A DNA stretch of 64,000 nt from an uncultured Prevotellaceae bacterium (GCA_900318775.1 ONLY01000010.1:5620-69619), one strand, 5' to 3'. Shown: positions 1 through 6,540, numbered from the stretch's first letter. A program made the numbers and translations. The notes: generated from the sequence alone by a model not told the origin.

Positions 1-1400
1 AATGAGTTATTACATTGCCAAAAATCACCATATTTAGTATTTTCTTCATTATGATATAATACAAATGTAGGTTGATTACTAAAATGCCGCATAAAAGAAT
101 TAAGTCTGGCAGTTTTTATATCGTCAATATACGGACTGACGCAAACAAAAAAATTATTACAAGTTATAATACTATCGATAATTGATAGAAGGTGTTGGCT
201 ACTGTAATCATCAATGTCAAGTATATTTGAGAATAAATGAATTGTAAGCACATCACGTTGAACTTTTATATCGGAAGATGCCACATCATCCAACTTTTTG
301 CATACTGTTTTCAGTTTGCCATTTGTGGCAAATTTCCTGCAATGTAGGGCCGCTCTCTTCAGAACAATTTCTGATGGTTCAACCAACGTTATATAGTGAA
401 CGTCTAAAGAGTCGTATTTTTCCAATAAGGTGATAGTCGCCAATCCTTGTCCACATCCCCAATCCACTATATTTACTGGAGTGTCAAAATATTGAGGAAA
501 AGTTGACTCAAACGAACTAATAAGTTTTGCATAATGCATTTTACCATAGCGTTTCATATACTCAAACATTTCCTCTTCTGAATGTAATTGATCCACACCT
601 CGTCCATTGAGAATGCCGTTTGCTCTATCAACACTAATTTGACGAATTGATATGAAATTATTTGGTACACGAGAAAGTGCATCGCAATAATCAGTTCCTT
701 CTTCAATTAACAAGTTGTCTTCTGGATTGACTACAACAGAGCTGATTCTTGTGGTTAAAGTATCTATTTTCTCTTCAATTTGTCGAAATACTGATTGAGA
801 ATTAGATACATCAAGAAGAGAAATATCTTCTATTTGTTTGAGCCAATTGTATTCACCATTATTATTAAGATCACAAAATTTTTGTTTTGCTTCTGTTGCA
901 TAAACAATGTTCGTATTATAAACAATGTGACCATAATAATTAAGAAATGTTACCAGTGCTTTAGAAGGGTTGTCCTCTTCTTCAACAATTGCATCATTCA
1001 ATAATTCACATATTTCATCAAAGCGACCAACTAATTCTTCATTTGAAGATGGACGTGGAAAAAGGAACTTTAGAGCTGCAGTCATCCTCTTATTGATAAG
1101 AATGTCATTCCTTTGGATAATAGTCATTATGCGGGGAATACAACTATGCAAAGCGAATCTTTCACACAAGTCGAGAAGGATTAGAATAAAAGAACGATTT
1201 TCTACGGTTTGAAAGTCATAATGAGAAATGATGCTATTCTTAAGAAGAATTAATCGTTCAATATCATCCTTCTGTTGATATTGCGTTTGATATGGTGCAT
1301 TGAAGAAATCTTGGATAGTCAAGAAATTTCTTTCAAGACTATCCGCAAATGAAGCCACATCACTGGTTTCCTCGAAAAGAGTTTTAAATACTTCTTCCAT
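1..1400 (-). CDS. Partial CDS (C-terminus beyond the window): ~270-aa helical N-terminal region followed by a class I SAM-dependent methyltransferase-like domain
   Basis: My own translation of the minus strand from ATG at 1400-1398 (MEEVFKTLFEETSDV...) stays open to position 1. It is missing from the ORF track because no stop lies in the window. Motif I-like VDWGCGQG maps to ~445-468, followed by LVEPS (acidic end of beta-2) and IHLFSNILD. The start is 2 nt downstream of the preceding gene. Confidence 0.6.
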   Translation of the reverse strand, partial: MEEVFKTLFEETSDVASFADSLERNFLTIQDFFNAPYQTQYQQKDDIERLILLKNSIISHYDFQTVENRSFILILLDLCERFALHSCIPRIMTIIQRNDILINKRMTAALKFLFPRPSSNEELVGRFDEICELLNDAIVEEEDNPSKALVTFLNYYGHIVYNTNIVYATEAKQKFCDLNNNGEYNWLKQIEDISLLDVSNSQSVFRQIEEKIDTLTTRISSVVVNPEDNLLIEEGTDYCDALSRVPNNFISIRQISVDRANGILNGRGVDQLHSEEEMFEYMKRYGKMHYAKLISSFESTFPQYFDTPVNIVDWGCGQGLATITLLEKYDSLDVHYITLVEPSEIVLKRAALHCRKFATNGKLKTVCKKLDDVASSDIKVQRDVLTIHLFSNILDIDDYSSQHLLSIIDSIITCNNFFVCVSPYIDDIKTARLNSFMRHFSNQPTFVLYHNEENTKYGDFWQCNNS

Positions 1401-1402
1401 AA

Positions 1403-3037
1403 TTAAAACAGCTTACTATCTTGGCGTTTTTCTGCACGAAGAATGTAAATAATCAAATCTTCCGTTTTGCTCTGCCTGCCGACTTTGCAACCATATTGCT
1501 TTGCTAATTCTTTCAGCTCTTTAGATTTCAGTTTACATAATTCAATGATTTTTTTTGCATACTCTTCTTCGTTAAAACACGTGTTCTCCTGATTATTTGT
1601 TTGTAAAGAGAAAGTTACTGCGTTTTCCGGAATTGCTATCTCTTTATCTTTTAAAGATAATTGTTCCTTACACTTGTTTAGCTCTTTTTTTAGACGTAGT
1701 ACTTCTGTATCGTTCGTGTCTTTAAATGTCTGAATAGTTTCCTCGTATTCATATGATATCTCCTCTTTCACTAAATATGCAAAAGGTTTAAGAATTGTTT
1801 CAATGATTATTGACGAGAAATCATAGCCAAGAAAATTGACCTTATCTTTTTGCAGAAAAAATGCCAAACAGTTTTTCCACCATTCTTCGGAAAAAAGGAT
1901 TGCTTTTTTTTTATCACATACAATAGTATCAAGTATCTGATATTCTCCTCTCTTTGCTTTTCTACCCGTCAAAGTCTTTACCCAGGAATTGAACAAATCA
2001 AATTCCGTAGATACAATGTTATAGAAAGTGTACCTATAGATACTCTCTATTGTATAGTAGTCAAGCAAAGAATTAAGTCGGTATTTTACATCTTCCGTTT
2101 TATTATCCTTTCTATATTGGTTATTAAATGATGCGTAACCTCTATTATACCCGTAATAAAGAGCACAGCTTTCTTGATATCCTTGCTTGAGACTCGTAAA
2201 ATTGTTTAATATTAGTTCATCGATTTTATGGCGATGAGCTTCTTCACCAACTCCATAATCATATAGAACATAACAAAGATATACGCTGTTTTCAAGGTTA
2301 CTCGGGTCAATAACTTTTGTTAATTTGCTCTTACTGATAAATTGTTTTTTCTCTAAAGCTTCATTTTCTAGGGTTGCATAATCAACGACATGGTCTAGAA
2401 ACGTGGGATGATTATCAAAAACCTTATGAAACTTAGTATCAACACCAGAAATCATCGTCTTCTGACTTGCTATATAAGTGTTGAATTTAGAAAGCAAGTC
2501 AATATAATGAGCAGAATAATTGCATCCATCTTCATGAGCAGTCTTCATCAAGGCCATTGCACCCAATATGCGATTAAACTTGTCATATGATTTTTCTATT
2601 ATCTCTAATAATGGCACAATATTTTCAGGAACTTCGACACCGTTGGTATTTACATCATCAAATGTATTGTTGTTCGAATCAACTAAAGCATTTGGAATAA
2701 AAGCGGTCGAAAGATTAATATTAGAAATGGTTCTTTGTGATTGAGCAACATTTTTAAAATATATCCTTTTAATTCTAGATACAGGTAATGCGCTTTCATA
2801 CAAATAGAAACCTTTTTTTATGTCTACTAATGTTTTTTCTTCATCTGAACTTAAAACAAGTTGTAGACAGCAATCTGAGTCCATACACCCAAAATGATCA
2901 GTAAGCAAAATGAAATTTTCAAATTTGCTTTGAATGTCTGACAGCCTATTCCTATACAATGATGCAGGGAGGATACATGCTCGACCAAAAATCGATGCCA
3001 AAGATGTTGACGATATCGGATAATAATATGTTTTCAT
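1403..3037 (-). CDS. Hypothetical 544-aa protein: unassigned N-terminal and central domains, a coiled-coil segment and a C-terminal SAP/Rho-N-like helix-extended-helix
   Basis: Long ORF in an AT-rich context, 11 nt after the helicase stop. The tail KSKELKELAKQYGCKVGRQSKTEDLIIYIL matches the SAP/Rho_N pattern. It is preceded by the charged heptad-like LRLKKELNKCKEQLSLKDKE. I found no Walker or nuclease motif. Confidence 0.7.
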   Translation of the reverse strand: MKTYYYPISSTSLASIFGRACILPASLYRNRLSDIQSKFENFILLTDHFGCMDSDCCLQLVLSSDEEKTLVDIKKGFYLYESALPVSRIKRIYFKNVAQSQRTISNINLSTAFIPNALVDSNNNTFDDVNTNGVEVPENIVPLLEIIEKSYDKFNRILGAMALMKTAHEDGCNYSAHYIDLLSKFNTYIASQKTMISGVDTKFHKVFDNHPTFLDHVVDYATLENEALEKKQFISKSKLTKVIDPSNLENSVYLCYVLYDYGVGEEAHRHKIDELILNNFTSLKQGYQESCALYYGYNRGYASFNNQYRKDNKTEDVKYRLNSLLDYYTIESIYRYTFYNIVSTEFDLFNSWVKTLTGRKAKRGEYQILDTIVCDKKKAILFSEEWWKNCLAFFLQKDKVNFLGYDFSSIIIETILKPFAYLVKEEISYEYEETIQTFKDTNDTEVLRLKKELNKCKEQLSLKDKEIAIPENAVTFSLQTNNQENTCFNEEEYAKKIIELCKLKSKELKELAKQYGCKVGRQSKTEDLIIYILRAEKRQDSKLF

Positions 3038-3048
3038 AAATACATGGT

Positions 3049-4071
3049 TTATTCAACGACGTTATTTAATTGTGGAATATTGTTATTACTAAATAAATAC
3101 AAATTAGTTCTTGCCCTTGTCACAGCAACATAGAAATCGTTCCAATCTAAGACTTCAAATCTATTGCATAAATAATCCATTGAGCCAAAATCTGGAACAA
3201 GAACGGTATCAAATTCCAAACCTTTGGCAGACTTGAAGGTCGTAATGTGAACATTATCAATTGGAGGACAACCATTAGGGAACTCTTTCTGATCTTCATA
3301 ATAGAAACTATGTGCTATTTCCATTTCATCAAGAATATCGTGATATTCTTTAACTGTATTCTTAAACGGAAGTAGGATAGCTATATTATGAGTATCTGTC
3401 CTAAAAGTTTCGATTATTTCTTTAATTGCATCGTCTCGTTTGCTCCTGGCATTTTCATTAAACAAAGGATTACCATCTGTTACTATCAATGTGGGTTTTT
3501 CTCCAGGGTTGTTAGCCAATGCATCAAGAGTATTCTGCGGTATATAAGCGTTAGGAAAGGCAACACGAGCAAATGTCATAATGGCCAAAGTGCTTCTGAA
3601 ATTTCTATCAAGTACATATTCTACATTATTTTCAAATCGCTCTTCCAATTCTTCTTTAGTTGAAGAATGTTCAGGATAAAGAATCTGAGCATCATCTGCT
3701 CCATACGAAATGCTAAATCCAGAAATCTGGTCAAAGTATTCGGCGTCAAGGTCCTGTGCCTCATCTATTATAATTTCACTAAAATTCTCTCTTCTCTTAG
3801 GACGACCTGCATATGCAGAACGAACGTTCCTGGATGCTTCGGGATTTCTCAAACGACAACATTCAGACAAATATCTGGCTAAAGTTGTTGTATAAGTTAT
3901 AAGCAGACTTCTACTACCATTTCCATGGTTCGCAAGATGACGATAAAGCGAAACTACACTTTTTCCTGTACCTGGACCACCAGAAAGTGCAATTTGTTCA
4001 GTTTCATTAAGCGCTGCCTGTTGAGACAGTGTTAAATCATCAATGTTTGGTAATCTGAAATAGTATGGCAT
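3049..4071 (-). CDS. Minimal UvrD/Rep-like superfamily 1 helicase (340 aa)
   Basis: The full SF1 motif series is readable. Q-like LTLSQQAAL; I GGPGTGKS (nt 3958-3981); Ia LLITYTTTLARYL; II IIIDEAQD; III YGADDAQILY; IV LDRNFRST; V TTFKSAKGLEFDTVLV; VI YVAVTRARTNLYL. Confidence 0.85.
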   Translation of the reverse strand: MPYYFRLPNIDDLTLSQQAALNETEQIALSGGPGTGKSVVSLYRHLANHGNGSRSLLITYTTTLARYLSECCRLRNPEASRNVRSAYAGRPKRRENFSEIIIDEAQDLDAEYFDQISGFSISYGADDAQILYPEHSSTKEELEERFENNVEYVLDRNFRSTLAIMTFARVAFPNAYIPQNTLDALANNPGEKPTLIVTDGNPLFNENARSKRDDAIKEIIETFRTDTHNIAILLPFKNTVKEYHDILDEMEIAHSFYYEDQKEFPNGCPPIDNVHITTFKSAKGLEFDTVLVPDFGSMDYLCNRFEVLDWNDFYVAVTRARTNLYLFSNNNIPQLNNVVE

Positions 4072-4082
4072 AACTATATAAA

Positions 4083-4601
4083 TTAAAATACATCACCTGA
4101 AAAAGATTTGTCATTAAGATTGCGAGGATAGAAAGACAAATATAATTCGTCATATAAACCTAATCGAATTAGTGCATCGATGGCTTGATTTACTCCACTT
4201 TTTGCAGCCTGTTTATAGAGTTTAATCGCTCTATTCAAATCGCTTTTAATACCTTTGCCCTGTTCAAGAGCAACAGCATAGTTGTATTTCCCAAAAGGAT
4301 GCCCAGCAGCTGCGGCTTTTTGATAGTAGTGAACCGCTTTTTCATAATTAACTTCAATCCCATTGCCATAAAAATAGCTCACACCTAAGTTGTTATATGT
4401 CTCAGGGGTGGTGGGCATTCCACTTTCAACAATATACTCCCAGCACTCAATAGCCTCTGCAAACATTTGACTTCTTGCAAAATCTGTTCCAATATTGCTT
4501 ATCTCTATTACATCGCCATTCAGAGCTGCCTGCATTCTGTTTTCATCATAGTAAAAACAATTATAATAGTAGGCAAGTATTTCTTCTAAATTCTTTTTCA
4601 T
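4083..4601 (-). CDS. Sel1-like repeat (SLR/TPR-family) protein, no signal peptide
   Basis: Consecutive SLR units: YNNLGVSYFYGNGIEVNYEKAVHYYQKAAAAGHPFGKYNYAVALEQGKGIKSDLNRAIKLYKQAAKSGVNQA. The N-terminus MKKNLEEILAYYY is not hydrophobic. Confidence 0.85.
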   Translation of the reverse strand: MKKNLEEILAYYYNCFYYDENRMQAALNGDVIEISNIGTDFARSQMFAEAIECWEYIVESGMPTTPETYNNLGVSYFYGNGIEVNYEKAVHYYQKAAAAGHPFGKYNYAVALEQGKGIKSDLNRAIKLYKQAAKSGVNQAIDALIRLGLYDELYLSFYPRNLNDKSFSGDVF

Positions 4602-4608
4602 TTATTTA

Positions 4609-5676
4609 TTATTTCCCAGTTATGGTATCAGCATAGGGGTTTTCCTTATGTTTTTTCCAATTATTGATAGCCAATTCTTTGGATGCATTAGCATAACAAT
4701 ACTCACAAAGATGCGGACAGGTGTTATATTCACCTATATCTTTGGATGCCATACATTCACAGAATTGCCTTTGTCCGGGATCTTTCTTGTGGATACTGAT
4801 AAAGTATTTGTTGTTTGGCAGCAATATTGCTCCTTGTGGAAGTTCTGGAACTTCAAACAAAGATGGAGCAGGAACGTTCTCAACCTTCACCTTCATGAAG
4901 TCCATCAGTTCCTTATCATTCCATGCAAGTTTAGCAATAAGGTCGCCATCAACACATCGATTATGTAGAATTCCATATTTACCGATGTCTATCTTTTCAC
5001 CACAGGTTGCAAGTTGATATTTCCATCCTCTTTCCTTATTCATAATAGAAAGTTTTTGTGCAAATTCTTCCATCTGTTCAACCTCCCATTCTCGATACGG
5101 AATACCGTTTGTTTCCAGATTGTGCTTTACTTTTTTATACATAGCAATGTCTGCATAACTGAATACAAGCTTTTCTGTATAGTCTTTCAGTTGATCGCCA
5201 ATACTTTTTACTTTTACTAACAATTTTTCAACAGAAATATCATCAGTCAATATCATTGGGTCAAACCTCCAAATAACAGTCCCCTTGCCTAATTGCTCAA
5301 CAAGCATTTTGAAAGTTTCTATACGATTAGCAAGAGAAGGTACCTTTTCAAGTTTCTCTTGTTCGTAGTCATTTAAGGTGTATTGAATGTAACACTTAAT
5401 GTTTCGTTCCTTCAGTATGTGTAGATACGGCAACAAGGGACGAGGATTTTTTGACCAAAACACAATGAATCGTGTTTTCTTGTACGATACATAGCCTTTT
5501 ACACCATTAAACGGATTAGTCCATGCGGAATAACCCACCTTCAACCGATTGAAGAACCAATCGGCATAGAAGGCCGGAATATCCGTACTTCTGCTTGCGG
5601 AGACAATCATCGGCACCTGCATCTGTACCACTTCTCCATTTTCTTTCGGTAGATTCTCTTTATTCCAAGTTGCCAT
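4609..5676 (-). CDS. DUF1848-family protein (radical-SAM-like; Cys cluster at the C-terminus)
   Basis: N-terminal VSASRSTDIPAFYADWFFNRL, then NPFN, FWSKNPRP and RFDP. C-terminal FCECMASKDIGEYNTCPHLCEYCYAN contains CX3CX2C (C320, C324, C327; nt ~4696-4719). This is the signature I associate with Pfam DUF1848. Confidence 0.8.
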   Translation of the reverse strand: MATWNKENLPKENGEVVQMQVPMIVSASRSTDIPAFYADWFFNRLKVGYSAWTNPFNGVKGYVSYKKTRFIVFWSKNPRPLLPYLHILKERNIKCYIQYTLNDYEQEKLEKVPSLANRIETFKMLVEQLGKGTVIWRFDPMILTDDISVEKLLVKVKSIGDQLKDYTEKLVFSYADIAMYKKVKHNLETNGIPYREWEVEQMEEFAQKLSIMNKERGWKYQLATCGEKIDIGKYGILHNRCVDGDLIAKLAWNDKELMDFMKVKVENVPAPSLFEVPELPQGAILLPNNKYFISIHKKDPGQRQFCECMASKDIGEYNTCPHLCEYCYANASKELAINNWKKHKENPYADTITGK

Positions 5677-5721
5677 ATTTTTATGGGACTGTTCTTATTG
5701 GGGTTTGCCAAATTCTGGCCA

Positions 5722-5729
5722 CAAAGATA
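5722..5729 (-). promoter_or_regulatory. Bacteroidetes-type -7 promoter box (TATCTTTG) for the island operon
   Basis: Reverse complement of caaagata, ~45 nt upstream of the DUF1848 start. The same TAnnTTTG motif recurs upstream of most genes in the window. Confidence 0.5.
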
Positions 5730-5750
5730 TAAAAATAATTGCAAAACGAA

Positions 5751-5762
5751 GCAATATATTGC
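5751..5762. promoter_or_regulatory. Perfect 12-bp palindrome GCAATATATTGC with an extra ATTGC half-site at 5737-5741; possible operator
   Basis: Read directly from the sequence. It lies about where the -33 element of the island promoter would be. Confidence 0.3.
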
Positions 5763-6065
5763 AATTATCCGTATTTATTTATATTTTTTTCAAAAAAAGA
5801 CAGATTTTGGCAAGCCAAAGAGGTGTTTTTATCATATCCGTTCGAATTGGGTACAACTAATTACGATAGAATTAGCCATAGAAAACTCACTATAGGTTTG
5901 CTTCAAAGTGACATCGAAAGTGCATAACGGAGGGTTGACACTGGGATGTGTGAAAAGGGGTGAGGATAGAGTAATTGATTAAAATTATATCTTTATTATT
6001 ATATATAATATATAGATAATAAAAATTCTTTCCTCAATGAAATCCAAAAACCTTTATGTCAAGTC

Positions 6066-6089
6066 TGCAAAAGTGCAAAAGTGCAAAAC
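6066..6089. repeat. Tandem 8-bp repeat TGCAAAAG TGCAAAAG TGCAAAAC
   Basis: Read directly from the sequence. Further GCAAAA(A) words are scattered between 5738 and 6223. Confidence 0.6.
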
Positions 6090-6263
6090 CTGCGGAAATA
6101 AAAGATATAAGAACATAAATAAAAAACATGGAAAAGAATGGTCATGGAAGTTGTTCGATTCGCAAAAAATGTGTACCGTTGTAACAAAGTTGCAAAAATG
6201 ATATGAGGCAACAAAATTTGCGGCATAGCCAACGAGAAAAATTTTGTTAACTATGCTACGAAC

Positions 6264-6325
6264 ACAAGGAGCACTAAAGGAAGTGTAAAGGAAGAGTAAA
6301 GGAACACTAAAGGAGCACTAAAGGA
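6264..6325. repeat. Six direct repeats with an exact 11-bp period: one ACAAGGA plus five TAAAGGA, separated by 4-nt spacers
   Basis: Heptamers start at 6264, 6275, 6286, 6297, 6308 and 6319. The period is not a multiple of 3 and no ORF covers the array. Confidence 0.8.
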
Positions 6326-6393
6326 GGACTCTTGCAAGTACTTTGCCTTTTTCAATATTCGTCAGCATGCGCGGGTGTGGACTGTTTTTTACT

Positions 6394-6430
6394 AAAAAGA
6401 GGAAACTTGACTTGTGTGTCAAGCTTCCTC
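6394..6430 (-). terminator. Intrinsic terminator downstream of tRNA-His
   Basis: 13-bp arms GAGGAAACTTGAC (6399-6411) and GTCAAGCTTCCTC (6418-6430) with one mismatch, followed on the minus strand by a U-run (A-run 6394-6398 on plus). Confidence 0.6.
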
Positions 6431-6436
6431 TTTAAA

Positions 6437-6512
6437 GGGTGGAGGGTGGGACTCGAACCCACGACATTCAGAACCACAATCTGACGCTCTAACCAACTGA
6501 ACTACATCCACC
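6437..6512 (-). tRNA. tRNA-His (anticodon GTG) with encoded G-1 pairing to C73
   Basis: Hand-folded cloverleaf: anticodon stem TCAGA/TCTGA, loop TTGTGGT, T-arm GTGGG-TTCGAGT-CCCAC, D-arm GTTC/GAGC. There is one U6-C67 mismatch in the acceptor stem. CCA is not fully encoded. Confidence 0.88.
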
Positions 6513-6540
6513 ATGTAGGGGTGTTTCCCTTTTGCGAGTG

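Larger units (their letters stand above)
1..6393. other. Right-hand part of an AT-rich accessory island lying 3-prime of tRNA-His; the left end is outside the window
   Basis: Abrupt compositional change. 60-nt lines at 1, 3061 and 4801 give 22, 23 and 37 % G+C, against 48 % for a line in secA. Island codons are AT-rich. The island ends next to the 3-prime end of a tRNA gene. No mobility gene is visible in the part I can see. Confidence 0.6.

Noticed and set aside
795-5220. Short plus-strand ORFs inside the island (e.g. 795-1004, 970-1212, 1850-2131, 3388-3663, 4648-4968)
   Set aside because: All lie antisense to the long, motif-bearing minus-strand genes. Their Ile/Phe/Lys/Asn-rich translations are typical of random frames in AT-rich DNA.
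6372-6384. GGGTGTGGACTG resembling the tRNA-His 3-prime segment GGGTGGGACTCG, considered as an att scar
   Set aside because: The match is only ~10 nt and needs an indel, which is within chance expectation. A genuine att repeat should lie at the far end of the island, outside the window.
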